From the human T2T-CHM13v2.0 reference genome, Homo sapiens: DNA of 64,000 bases. Below are positions 41,771 to 55,345 of the stretch, one piece after another. Location of the stretch: NCBI RefSeq assembly GCF_009914755.1, contig NC_060928.1; one strand, 5' to 3'. Position 1 is the stretch's first letter, and the number at the start of each line of letters is the position of its first letter. The notes below the pieces were generated by a model. That model worked only from the letters and a program-made list of their open reading frames with translations, was not told the DNA's origin and searched no databases. The position numbers and the translations under genes are program-made.

Positions 41771-42412
41771 CACTCTGCAGTCTGAGGACTGAGAGGCCGC
41801 TGCAACTGCAGATTTTTGTCTCTCTTGCTGAAGAGGTATCTTTGCAGTCTCTGGAGAAAGCTCAGGTAGCTGTTTGTGGCTTTCAAGATCCTGTCCTGAA
41901 AGGGGAGCTATCTGAATGGAAAGAGATGCTGTGTGTGTCTCAGGCACTGGATTAGGGGTCAGTGAGCGGGGCCTTTTGAGAAATGACGGTACTTCGACAG
42001 ATTTGGAGAACTGTGGAGTACTAATGGGGCTGCTACTTCCTAGATCCTGGTTATGGGTTAGTTTCAAGGTAGAAATCCTCCGAGTTTGAGAATCTTGCCT
42101 GTAGTCCTCTTGTAGAACTGGGGTGTTGATGTTAGCGAATGGTGCAGGATCCGTGCTGGAAGCTGCTGGTAGTGGATTAGTGATTTTTTGTGTATATGAC
42201 ATGGTTGTGTTAGATTCTTCAGAATATACAATTGTCTGTCTCGAATCTTCATTGGAATACATAGTTCCCTGAAGAGGTTTTTTGTTAGCAAAGTACTCTG
42301 TACTGGAGGGAATTTGTGTGTTAGTTACTAACTGGTCTAAAATGACACCCTTTGTGTGACTGGTTATCAAAGAGCTATGAAAGCTCTCTTTTCTTTCTGG
42401 TGGAGGGGGTGC
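41771..42412 (-). CDS. SORBS2: 642-nt Ser/Thr/Gln/Pro-rich cassette exon APPPPERKES...SSDCRV (phase 0-0)
   Basis: caatccag|GCA CCC...AGA GTG|gtacct; 214 open codons (ORF 41762-42424) in a phase-0 intron; donor is weak so the 3' boundary is less certain. Confidence 0.8.
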
Positions 42413-43196
42413 CTGGATTGACAATGGGATCCAGAGAAAGAAATAAAGTTGAAAGAAAAACAGAGAAAGTCCAAGTTAGTCATGAAAGAAACCAGTGTCA
42501 ACCTTGCCTTTACAGAAGTAAAGCAATGCCACACCTTCTGATTATGCTATCCATTTTGTTAGCTAGATTGAGTGATCATTTTCATTCCATTTAGAATGCA
42601 CTTATGTTTATTATCAATGTTTGCCCTTGGGGAAAAAAGTGTTGCCAGAGAATACATTATAACATTTGCTCCATCTACATTCAGGGAAATTATGTTAAAA
42701 GTGAACATATGTTCTCTTGGCATATTTTATTAGACTTTGACATATATATATATAGTTTATTTAATAGCATTGTTTTATAACAATTTTCATGCTTGTGGCA
42801 CAATTTTACTAATATCTCCAACACAGAGCCCTTTTAGTTAATATAATAGTTGCATACTCATAGTTATTGAATACATAATGTATTGCTGACCTCATCAGTT
42901 TAAATCCAAAGCATCAGCTGTCAGCTTTTAAAGAATTAGAATATATCCTAGAGATTATGTTAAAAACCGATATACTTTGATAAGCTTAATCAGAAACAAA
43001 ACCAAACCAAACCCTTGTTTGTTAAAATTTGTTCTCCATGTTGTAAATACAAACCTGGCAAGCAAACTAAATACAAAAGCAAAAACATATTAAAAATAAA
43101 ACGTATTGAAATACGCACATTAGGAAAGAGGCTGTAAGCAGTGGTCTAATAATCATGCCTTAAAATAATGCAGTAGCCAAGAGTGTGCAGGGTTAC

Positions 43197-43321
43197 CTGA
43201 GTTGGTGATCTTTTATCTTGTAGGTTTGGTCGAACGCTTCTAAAACCTTTTGCTGCAAGAGAGGAATATGTAGCATCTCCGTTCAGTGTCTCCTGATTGC
43301 CATCATTGTAAGATCTCCAAG
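43197..43321 (-). CDS. SORBS2: SORBS2 exon (A)[14 protein letters not shown]...DKRSPTQ (phase 1-0)
   Basis: atgaaag|CT TGG...ACT CAG|gtaacc; 125 nt. Confidence 0.93.
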
Positions 43322-43569
43322 CTTTCATTAAGGGAAAACAATTGGATACAAAAATATCTACGTTCACTTAAACATTTTTTATAAAATTTATTTTTATTTC
43401 CAAAATCATTTTTATTTCCAAAATTGTAGTGTTCTTACTAGAGGTTTAATTTAATATGCATAACAGTACATGAAATTTAAATTTAACATGAAGTCAGCGA
43501 TGTGGCTATGAATATGTTTTCTAAAAGTCACAAATAATATAATAATTATTCAGAATATTTTTTCTGTAC

Positions 43570-43596
43570 CTGAGTCTGGTGACTGAGAATCACGCC
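43570..43596 (-). CDS. SORBS2: 27-nt microexon (G)RDSQSPDS(A) (phase 1-1)
   Basis: tttttctttcag|GG CGT...TCA G|gtacag. Confidence 0.9.
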
Positions 43597-44944
43597 CTGA
43601 AAGAAAAAAAAATGTTGAAATTAAGACTAAGGTGAAATAAATGAACAACCCAGTAAAAATAACATGGCAAAGAACTATATGCATTGTTTTTGCAAACATT
43701 ATTTCAGTTTTAAAATCTGGGTATGTCAAACATGCCAAAGGGAGGCTTGTACATTTATTTTTACTTCAATTAGAATGTCATTCATTAAATATCTATAATA
43801 TATAAATATCTATATAGTAAACACTCATTTTTCCCCTCAATAATGTTGCAACATGCAATTTTAATCTTATTATGGCAAAGATGAATATATGAATTTCTAA
43901 ATATCAAATTAAAGGATCAAAAGAGATCTGGTTTATAAACAGCACTAACTCAAACTGCCAGATCCTTAGCTTCCAATGCCCTGCTGTTGATAAGCATATT
44001 TAACTCCTGTGTTACAGAACTGTATTCTGTAGTTCGCATTTTTTTTTACCTTAAGAAACTGTAGACCTGTCTACCATATCATGTGACATTTTCAAATTAT
44101 TCTCGAGACTGAGTTTTTTTCCTATTGCAATATAAAAGTCATTTTATACTCAAATATGAAAAAACTGTTACAACATGTTCCACTGTCTTTCAGCTAGTAA
44201 GCTGTGGAAAATAAATTTCAGGACTAATAAATTGCTTTTGGTAAGGCAGTTGGCAAGTTATCAGTGATATATTTGTTATCAATTTTATTGAAGTTATATA
44301 TTCCAAAATCTTCTATATGCACATTTGAGGTAATCAGTTTGCACGTTTAACTCATGTGTATTTTAAGTCATCAGCTTGTGTTGCCTGGTTTATTAAAGCA
44401 CATGGTCAACTTTACTTAGATTCATTAAGCTTTAACTTTGGAGGTGATCCTAGGGGTTGGATCATTAGCCCAACCTGCTGTCCAGTCCTGGATTCCTTCT
44501 ACGTGTTCCCCAGGACCATTATTAGATTCCCATTTCAATTCATAAAACAGGAATTTTACATGCTGGAAAAGTCTTTGTTTTTCTTTTAGTGCTTCAGCAC
44601 AGTTATTTTCAAGTTTAAACACATGAACTTAGAATGATAAAAATGGGCTGAGAAATGCGAGCATCTGATTTTTAGATAAAATATTTGATATGGGTTCTTT
44701 CCAAATCAAAGGAAGGAACACAAATGTGAGTCAGCACAGAGTACATTAGAATGATTCCAGCTCAGGTGAGCTAGAGAAGACTAATGAATTCCCATTCTTT
44801 ATGATCATTGATAACTTGGTATGGATTTTATCTCCAATGAATTTAAAATTGGAGTAATAAAATGGGTACCATAGAGAAAAATTACTTTGAAGAATTATGC
44901 ATGAAATGTTTATTGGACCCTACTTCTAGAATTTGTACAATTTT

Positions 44945-45082
44945 TTGATTTTTATTTTATTTTTTAAAGATGGGGTCTTGCTATTTTGTCCAGGCTGTCC
45001 TTGAAATAGTGGGCTCAAGAGATCCTACAGCCTCAGTCTGTTGGTTAGCTGGGACTACAGGTATGTGCCACTGGGCCTGGCC
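44945..45082 (-). mobile_element. FLAM/AluJ monomer
   Basis: T-rich tail, gatggggtcttgct...gtgccactgggcctggcc. Confidence 0.8.
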
Positions 45083-47471
45083 CTTCTTCTAGGATTTGAT
45101 GGAAGCAGAAATGATTGAAATTCTTAATCAGCTATATGATGAAGATAAAGAAAAATACAGTTTGACAAAAAATACAGAGCAATCATCAGAATGCTGCTTT
45201 AGGGCACTCAGGAGAGAGATTTAATAACCATGAGGCTGCCATCCACTGTGGACAATGAACAAATTTTGGGATTTGGGAAAGGACAACGAAAAGCAAATTT
45301 TGGAATTTGGGAAAAAGCAATAAAATAGCCCAATGCTACTTTATGAAAAGAGAAGCAGCATTAATAACAATGATTATATTCTGATTTTTTTCTTGAGGAT
45401 AGGGAGTTTCTTTTATGCTTGGTTTGGTAAAACTGAGATAAAAAAGAAGGCTGTGTGTTAGCGCTGGGGACGAGGTAATGGGACCCAGAGGCTTGGAGGT
45501 GCAAGGGTGCAGGTGCGGTGAGAAAGAAGAGGGTGTACTGGGCGGGTCTGAAGGACACTAGAAATAAACTCCCTCTAAATGATAGTCTGTAGGGGGCAGG
45601 CTCTGTTTCTTCACGCTGGTCACCGTGTTGAAGATGAGGAGCCCCAGGAAACGGTAAGTGTGAGAATCAGAGGACAGTCACTCCAGGCTCAACTGTGGGT
45701 TTCTTCCTGGGACACTGGGCCCAGGGATTTCCAAATGAATCTGTCCCTGTGCCACTGGAAACATTAGACAGTAAGAGGGGTGGGCTGTTCTGAAGGGTCT
45801 TGCATCGCACAGTGGACACGAGTGTGCAGAATTAAGAGAAAGGAGAAAATGGCCATTGAGTCGAACTTCAGGATGAACCAGTATTTTAATAAAGCTTATG
45901 TTGATGATTAAAGTCTGCCTTGAAGTGGCTGGTCTCTCAAGGAGACTAAAGTACATTCATTTCTCTTTCTTTAAAATAAATCCAATTACAGATACTTGGA
46001 ACACCCAGTCCTGATTTGCTCTTTTATTATAGTCTTCTATGTGGACACTTTTTAGCATAGCCCTGCTTTTATTTTATCCCTGCAGGAAAGACTAGGAGAG
46101 GGAGGACACCTGTTCTTTGGAGCAGGTAATAGAAAGTATCATGGATCCACATCAAGTAAAGAGAATATAGGTTAGAAAAAAAAAAAAAAGTCGCCCAGGT
46201 AAATGGCTTGGCAGATGTGTGGGGAAAATGGATTTCCCCAGATCTGCAGCATTATTGGTGCACATTCACTTGTGAAAAAAACACAAAGCTAGGACTAGGG
46301 GCCAGAGTCCTTAATTTCTAGTGTTCTTTAGTAGACAGTCACTGCTTCACTGAAAATCCACGAATGACTAAATGGTGTAAGTTTTCCCCTTTCCTGGCTG
46401 TTTTGCATGTGAATATTTTAACAAATAGGGTCTTGAAGAATGAAGAGCTCCACGTGCTCTTACCAGCCCTTTTCCTTGTGTCGAGGCACAAACTGGTGAG
46501 TCTCTGTCTGAGATTTTGTGCAAGACATTCCCGGTTCCATGTCAGGGGTGGAACTGGATGCCCTCCATGGCCCTTTCCACTGTTATCATTCTAACATGAC
46601 AGCTTTCGTGTAGCTGTGTTTGTGATACGTGTCACATCGTAAGCTCTACTCTCAGGTTTTATTTAAATCCCTTTTAACTGATATGCTCTATTGACACTAT
46701 CACTATATTTTTCTTGAAAATTATTATTTTGATGCCTATAACTCATTTCTTTAGAAGACTCAAGTGCTTTTTAAGAATTATTTTAAAATGTTGATTAAAT
46801 TCAGGTCAACTAATTGAGTGCCTACTGTGTTTCTATGTACAATTATAACCCTTTTCATTTATTTTCTTCATTTATTCTCATTTATTCTGACAAATCCTTG
46901 TGAGTCTGGGAAACGATTAAGCTTTCAGAGAGGTAAGAAATGACAAACAATTTTTCATTGGAAAGAAAGGAAATGAGATCTAGACAGACTAATTTTCTTA
47001 AGGGCATGAAACATGCAGGTGGTATCGACAAGACCCTGTCTCTTGGCGGAGTGGTCCCCATACTGCGGCATTCCTTTAGGCTGACAAGGGGTTTTGGTGA
47101 AATAAAATGTTTTCAATTGTTTCTCAATAGTCATTGTCTTGGTTTTGGCATAGGTTTAAAATATCCGTGTGTGCTCTGATGGATTGTCCAGTGGGAATTT
47201 ACTTCTTATAAAAGGAAAAGAGAAAGACAGACTGACTCAGGGGACAAATAGGTGGTGACTCAGATTGACTGTCTGATCAGAGAAGGGAGTGAAAATGGCT
47301 TGGGACCTTTTCTGGAGGTTTTACATAAAGGCTGTTGTATTTTAACAATATCGAAGGCAATAAATATTTATCAATTCCCTTTTGATTCACATATAGACAC
47401 TGTATCATATAAGTTCTTATGAAAGCTACATAGAATGCAGTTGTGCATATTAATGCTAACTTCTTTATTCA

Positions 47472-47825
<354 letters not shown>

Positions 47826-48773
47826 GGGATCTTACTTTACGTCTAATTGACACAAAAGAGGGCTGTTTTTAAACAATTATGTCCAAAATTCAGTGGACTT
47901 CATTCTCTAGAAATCATATGCCTAGTGATAGAAAACTTAAAATAGCCCAAAGCTACATTGTTATTACTGAAGATTATTTCATATTCCTAAAGTGTGAAAT
48001 GTTTTTTTTTTCTTTTTTGCTGTTGTAATTCCGAAGCATTAAATCTTTTCTATGAAGTCGAGTTATATGAAATTGCATGTAGTTCAGTTTCGACTCTCCA
48101 CATGGGCACTGTGGAAGCAGTGTGGCGTTCCCTGGTACGTGCGTCAAGGTTCACGTCTGAGTAGGTTGGACTGAGATCCTATTTGGTTGAAATGTCAATG
48201 ACATTCAGGGTATTGGCATTCCAATTACACGATGGCCCTGAACTCTTACGGTTATTGTCTTACTTGCCTTCATTCCTGTTTCTCATGGTATCCAAGGTAA
48301 ATACATCTGTAGTTTTTCTAACACCTTTTTATGTTCATACGTGCATGAGCCACTACATACAAATAGAGATTTGTATAGAGATTTTTTTTTAACCAAAATG
48401 AGGTCATACTATAAACCTTGCAATGCATCTTGCATTTTCTTTTAACTTAATATATAACTGAACTCACTAGCCTGGCATTTAAACTTGGACGTTGAAATCC
48501 ATTTGTGGATTAGAGGTGGTGAACAGAAGTGGGATTCTGCATATGGAAGTTCATTTTTTTTTCTCAAGAAAAACTCAGTAGTTTAGAATTAAGTGGCTGT
48601 AAAGCGAAGAACACCCTGAGTATTTAATCAACTTCTAGATGTATGTGTGTAGAAGACTGTGATATGCATAATGAGAATTAAAATTATTTAAAGATGCCCC
48701 ATCCCTTTCTCACTTCTGCTGTAAGACCCATTAATCTTATAAATAAAAAACAAGCAGTCCCCAAACTGCAGCT

Positions 48774-48812
48774 AACCAACCAGCCAACCAACCAACCAAC
48801 CAACCAACCAAC
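48774..48812 (+). repeat. (CCAA)n tetranucleotide microsatellite
   Basis: aaccaaccagccaaccaaccaacc... Confidence 0.9.
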
Positions 48813-49527
48813 CCATCACCAACAGGTGTGGGTCTATTTCAGGGTCTGGAGGCACTGGGCTTGCTGGCCTCCCTTTGACCTTCTAACAGCTGCACCCCCT
48901 CCCAGTGCAGACTGTGCCTTAGGTACTGTGCCTAACTTCGGTACTGTGGCTTAGGTAGTCACAACAGAGATTTATTAAAAAGAGACCACCTGAGTGGATG
49001 CTGAAATCTCGCACCCCCAGTGACTTCCTATCTGTGGGTACATGTGAATCTTAATTGGTCAAGATTTTGGTATGTTTAAATATATATAGTAGAAGGGTAT
49101 TTGCTGATTGGATTAAAGGAAAGCAAAGGTCTCTTTCAAAACTAATGTTCTATCATTCTGTTCACAACCTTTGACAAAGAATCCAGTTAATGAAGATTCA
49201 GTTTCCTACAAATCCCTTTTTTCATCCTGTACCCCTGTACCCCTACCCCAAAAGTTTTTAGGTTAAAAAAAAAAACCCCAAAACCTCTGAGTTATCTTAA
49301 TGAAATATTATGTTACTTAAGTTCATGAGATAACAAAAACGTGAATAGTTATTAACACTCGCAGTTACTCAACCTATTTTTGGCAAGTGACTGCTGTTTT
49401 TAATTACACATTTAAAATGTTTCCTACAAGATCTCATTTTCCTTTGCTTTTTACGTTTAGAACAAAAACAGTCAGAAGAGCTAGAAGCCATTCAAGTGCG
49501 ACATTGTGTGAGTTAGTGATATTATAC

Positions 49528-49620
49528 CTGCAGCCAATAGGTTTGGAGAACTTTGCACTCTCTTCACAGATGTTAGCGTAACAGACATGGCGGCACGTTT
49601 GCGAGCACACCCACCGCTAT
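49528..49620 (-). CDS. SORBS2: SORBS2 93-nt cassette exon (D)[30 protein letters not shown](G) (phase 1-1)
   Basis: tttgcttccag|AT AGC...GCA G|gtataa; also holds a gccgccATG in good Kozak context. Confidence 0.92.
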
Positions 49621-50302
49621 CTGGAAGCAAAAAAATGATATAGCAGAGGCCAAGGCAACGGGAAAAGCACGTGCAATATCATGCGTTTTAAGAGAAATGT
49701 GCCAGACATCCATGAGAAAGATGAACAGTTAGAATTAGTAATCATGGAATGCACCTGCCAATTTCACACCACCCTCAAACTAAAACAAACAAAACGAAAC
49801 AAAACAAAAGAAGACCAGGGATCTGTCTTAGAAATAGGTATCACTGTTTTAGTGAAAGCATGGAAGACTTAATACTTAACATTTTATGGTTTTCTTTGTG
49901 AAAACTCAGGCACAGAACTCAACTTTGTTTATACCATTTAAATTCAATTTATACTAAATCTATAAGCACTGGATCTGGCTTTTAGAGTCAAGGATTAGCT
50001 CCATGTCAGGATTAAAGGCTATGGTACAACATACTTTTAAGTTAATATCATTTAAGTTTTACCATCTTCTAGCTGTTATAATTCCCAAAGAGAGCTTGAA
50101 TAATTCTTGCAGTAAAAATTATTAGTGACACAGGTATGATACATTTTTTTAGGATTCATAGAGGAACACATGGCATCATGGAAAGTCCACTCTTCCTGTA
50201 GTTAGTGTTAGTTATGCAAATAACTAGCCTTATTAAAATAAAAGTATTGATATATATGGTATCGAAATGACCATGTTTAAAGAAAGGAGTATATTGCTTT
50301 TA

Positions 50303-50585
50303 CTTTTTAAATTTTTATTTTTAGGGCCGGAGTCTTGCTCCATCACCCAGGCTGGAGTGCAGTGGTACCATCACAGCTCATTGCCATCTCAACCTCCTGC
50401 GCTCAAGCAATCCTCCTGCCTCAGTCTCCTGAGTAGCTAGGACCACAGGCACACACCGGCTAACGTTTTAACTTTTTGTAGAGATGTGGTCTTGCTGTGT
50501 TCCCCAGGCTGGTCTCAAACTCCCTGGCTCAAGGGCTCTTTCCGCCTCGGCCTCCCATTACAAGCATGAGCCACCGCACCTGGCC
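50303..50585 (-). mobile_element. AluJ
   Basis: Diverged Alu reverse complement with gctcaagcaatcctcc J-type features. Confidence 0.9.
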
Positions 50586-51565
50586 TCATTTATTGCTTTT
50601 ATACTTTTAACAATATGTGTACTATGATTCATATCTTTAAACTTATGCAAGTCATAATGTGAAATAAAATCAGTGTAAGTTCATCAGCCATTTTAATGTG
50701 CTATGAGAAGTTTAGACTTCTAAATTTGGAAGAGAAGTCTTTTAAAATTGGAAGGCCAATGTTCTATTTATGACCAGATTCAAATTCCATTCTTACATTC
50801 CTCTGTAATATGGCATGGCAATAAATAGTTTTGCTCATTCTCCTCATTCTGCTTATTGAGTAAAACCAAATTAAATTAAATCTTTTTGAAAGTTATAAAA
50901 AAAGACAATATAACCACCGATATAATAATATAATCATTATATATTGTCACATTTCCATTTTTCCTTTTTCTTTATTTTCATAAGGAAAGTATCAAGTTTG
51001 TTTATTGGACATGACAGAATTTAGATTGGTAAAGATGCTCGGAAGTATAATTTGAAGGAATTTTTCATAAAATTTATAAATAGTAAGATTAATAGAACTT
51101 AAAAGCAGTGGAGTGATTCTTACTTCACTTTTTTAAAGTATATGTTTAAAGTAACAATTTCTTAATGTAGAAAATCATTAAACCAGAAAACCAACTTGAA
51201 AGAATATTAAAAGAAAATGAACCAAATAAATCAAAGGTTATAATTAAGAACCCAAAGAAAGTGACACAAATGGGAGAAACAACTGAAGATTCCTTCAGGA
51301 AAGGCTCCAAAAGGATTTTAGCGAACTCAGCAAACTGAAAGTGCTTAGAGACAAGTGCGTCTGATAAGATGGAGGTGATGTTATTGCTTCCAGGAGCTGG
51401 AAACTGGTTGAAATGGTTGTGTAGTCAAAGGCGTTGAAAGTAAAAACTGACATCACTCTAAGAGTGATTTTATTTCCTAGTTCTGTTAATTCTGAACATC
51501 TCACAAGCACATAGGTGAAAAGAGAAAATTCCAGAATGAGAAGATCCAGGGTCACAGGTTAAATC

Positions 51566-52450
51566 TCTGGTGTTCAAACTGTGGGCTGCGATGCCCTGGG
51601 CTGCACTGGTGCATTCATGAGGGTGTTGGGGGGTAGTTCCTGTTTTTAAGGAAAACACAGTGCTAACTGTTGGACACTCAATGAACTACTCGCTTGGGGC
51701 AGTGCCTGGTTTCAACATAATAGACGCGCTATATTCCTTTTGATGACATCATATTTTGGAAAAACTGGGATTTTGATACTTGCTATGATAAAAAGCAAGT
51801 ACCATCTGAAGAACATTTTATTTATTTATGTTTAGAGACAGGGTCTTGCTCTGTTGCCCAGGCTGGAGTGTAGTGATGCATTTGGACCTTACTGGGCTCA
51901 AACTGATCCTCCTACCTCAGCTTCCCTCATAGCTGGGATTACAGGCACATGCCACCACGCCCAGCTAATTTTTAAAATTTTTACAGGGATAGGGTCTCAC
52001 TATGTTGCCCAGGCTTGTCTCCAACACCTGGGGTCAAGCGATCCTCCTGGCTCAGCCTCCCAAAATGCTGGAATTACAGGCGTGAGCCACCGTGACTGTC
52101 TGGCCTGTAAATCATTTTAGATCAGTAAATGAGAGTGGTCATGTACAATCGAATTCTAAGGTCTGAGAAATTTTTCAGTGTGCAACAGGCACACACATAA
52201 TATTAGTAAGTAATTCTTGTTATAAAGAAAGAAATAAAACTATTTTCTTTCAATTTATGTGTACTGTTCTGTCAAATGGCTTCTAAGTTGTTAGAACAAA
52301 GTATTTATAAAGTAATTATTAAGTTATTAAGTTGTTAGCACCTAACTACTTAATAAATAGAAGTGTTACATATTTTTGACCTAGGAGCACAGTGAAGAAA
52401 TTACTGAGACATTAAAGGTCACTGTAAAACAAGAAAGTTTGGGAATCCTT
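51566..52450 (+). mobile_element. hAT-Charlie (Charlie1-like) remnant, Alu-interrupted
   Basis: tgttcaaact start and aagtttgggaatccttg end; internal ctaaggtctgagaa...caacaggcacacac...ttagtaagtaatt resembles Charlie1. Confidence 0.6.
51816..52105 (-). mobile_element. AluJ inside the Charlie remnant
   Basis: Diverged Alu reverse complement. Confidence 0.9.
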
Positions 52451-53266
52451 GGGTTAGACAATTTATGTATTTTAGGAAGCTCTAAGTCTTAGATGAAATA
52501 AATGGAGGCTCTGTCTTTAATAAAGTTTAATAAAGGGCTGAATTCTAAAACTTGAGGCATTTGTAAAATTGCTGGAACAGAATGATCTATTATATTGTGT
52601 TTCTACTTCCTTTTGTATTGATACTTTCTGATACTCCTTGAAGATATTTTTAAGATCTTAAAACAAGGATGCTACCTTTCATGTGTCAGTTTATCCTAAA
52701 GAATCCTAACGCTGGTCTTGCCTTTTGTCCTCATTAATGACCTGCAGCCTTGCTAGGCTACTCTTCCCCTGAGCTGCAAGATTCCTGGAAGCTGTTCCTA
52801 CTGCTGGAAACCCCTCATATGGGTAAATTATAGATGGATAATTATTTGATGTCTTTCCTTCTCTCCTTTCTTCAATAGCTAAGATATGCCTAAGAAAGTA
52901 ATGTGTTAAACATTCTAAAAGTGGACATATAACATGTTTTGTATATATTTTCTACATTGTTTAGACACTTTAGTATGAAAAATTAACCACATTCCCCATG
53001 GCTAGTTTATTATGCACTGATTAAAAGCAAATACTTAACTTAAAAGAATGCTTTTTAGCCGTGGTGACCAACACATGAAGATTTAAATAGGAATATATAT
53101 TTTTAATGATTGATATATTGGATAGATATATCAATCAATAAAGAGATATATTCCTGTTTAAATGAATATTGATATATATATCAATAAAACTGGCCTGTAT
53201 TATTTATCTATATAGATTATCTGCATTGTCTATCCATATATTATCTGCATTATCTATCTGTCTATT

Positions 53267-53308
<42 letters not shown>
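53267..53308 (+). repeat. (GATA)n microsatellite
   Basis: About 10 perfect GATA units; short (ATCT)n on the other side at about 53377-53395. Confidence 0.95.
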
Positions 53309-55017
53309 CAAAAAAGTCAGAAGAGCTAGAAGCTATTTTGGGGATGAGAAAAATAACTTGTGGGGCCACTTTATTCATCTATCTATCTATCTATCATCAT
53401 CTGTCTATCTGTAGATAGATAATGCAGGCCAGTTTTATTGACTAGCTCTTTAGGAACAAATTCCTACTTCATTTTGTAAACACAGTAACAATGCTTTCAA
53501 ATTCCTAAGGCAATATATGTGTGTATATATATACATATATATTTAAAAGTGGTATGTTTTTATAAAAACATTATAATTATTATTTTGGAATTTTGAGCAA
53601 AAGTTTTCAGTCACTTTTGATCAATTTTATGCATATGTTTGAATACCATATTTTCCAATCATTATACATTAAGTGGAAGTTCATCCAAATAAGCAAAATA
53701 ATCCTATACAAATTGCATCCCATCCAGAGTCAAGCTTACTCCTTAGAAATGAGAAGATGCTTTAGAAGGTTACATTTATGCTGCTAAGCAGTAACTTGGG
53801 TCAAGTACCTTAGTGACTTAAACAAATTTACAAATTTGTATGTGCTTATTTTGCTATGAGGGATTGAATTATATGAATAGGAAGGTTAATTATTGAGTGT
53901 ACTGCCCATCAACACAGCATATTCAGTATATCATGTATGCATATCCCTGTCATAATAGTGTTATAATAAATAGGAAAATCAGCACTCAGTAAAATGAGGA
54001 ATACTGGGAGTTATGATCCACTTAAGTCTACAGGGAAATGTCTTGGAAGGATCAGGAAATATCACTTCCTCATGTGGAACTTCTGCTGGAGTGACTTTGT
54101 AGCTCCAAAACATGGCTGATGCTAGTCCAGCTGTGGGCTCTACATTCTATTTGCTTTCTTCTGTCTCCTTTACCTGCTAATATTTTCTACTTCATTCCCC
54201 ATGTCTACTTCTGACATCTCCAATCATCAAGTTGCCTTTGTGTGGTGCATATGCAGGGTTATAACTTCTCTTGATTGCTGAGCCTTCCTTGTGTGTTTTG
54301 ACTGTCTCCAGTATCCTCATCTTGCCTGTTGTCCACATGTCTGCAAGGTGACTGCATCCCCAGGAGCCCGCCCGCACAGCCTTCTCTGAGGCCACTACGG
54401 CACATGGCACATGACGCAAGGCTCTGCACTCGACCTGGGGATTAGGTATTGGTCCTCGCCAGTGGCTGGGTAATCCTCCTTGTAGCACTTGATGCAACAA
54501 GAGACCTCAAAAAGGCAACCAGCTGGACATGAGAGAATATCTTGGGCCATCCTTTCTACTCTGCCATGGCGCGACGGCTCAAACAACTTTCCAGTGATCA
54601 CTTGTGGATAGGAAATGGTATCGTTTAAACACAAGTTACAAAATTTCAACGAGAAAGTTGTTTCTTGAATTACTTTGTATTGTATATTTCAAGGTGGGGG
54701 GAAGGCAAAATTATAAGCCAAATTATTTCTACTGTGGAAAAAAGTTCATATGTACAAAGCATGTATCATGAACACTTTTACAGTTAAAATGTAGACAATA
54801 CAGTTTAGAGACACAGTTGTTAAGTTATTTGGAGATACTACTCTCACATCTACACATATAATGCTTATAACACTATGGGAATTGTGACTATAGGTTAATT
54901 AAGCTGATTTTGTATAAAACTTTGGCACTCTATCTGCTGACTTCTTCAACATAAAGAGTTTATAGAACAGGTAAGTTTGAATATTTTCTTCTAGAGCAAC
55001 TTGCCTTTGAATTTAGC

Positions 55018-55027
55018 CTATTTTTAA
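55018..55027. promoter_or_regulatory. MEF2 consensus site CTATTTTTAA
   Basis: Matches YTA(A/T)4TAR about 310 bp into the intron after the MNT start exon; function not shown. Confidence 0.3.
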
Positions 55028-55335
55028 GTGAGAGATTTCAAAAGTACACAAACAAACGACATACTACCTCTTCCTATTGTTTATAGGAGTTAGTTTTAAC
55101 ATGTGATTAGAGAAAAAGGGAGTAGGAGCAAGTAATAGAAGAGAAAATTCTATGTTTGGTGGCTATAAGAGTGGGGCACAAATACAAAGAAAGAAAGTAA
55201 TGAATCTATGCTATGTATCTAATCAGAAACTCAGAATCACATTTAGGATCAGAAGAGTGCTAAACTAATGATTTAGGGCCAACATGATTTTTAGAGAGCA
55301 AGGCTAAAAGAGTTTAAAACTAACAGACAGCATAC

Positions 55336-55345
55336 CTGTGTTCAT
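55336..55345 (-). CDS. SORBS2: Start codon portion MNT(D/G) of the 50-nt exon 55336-55385
   Basis: ttttttcctacag|GAAAA...gtgaaaATG AAC ACA G|gtatgc; -3 A; phase 1 joins either the 93-nt or the 27-nt exon. Confidence 0.9.
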
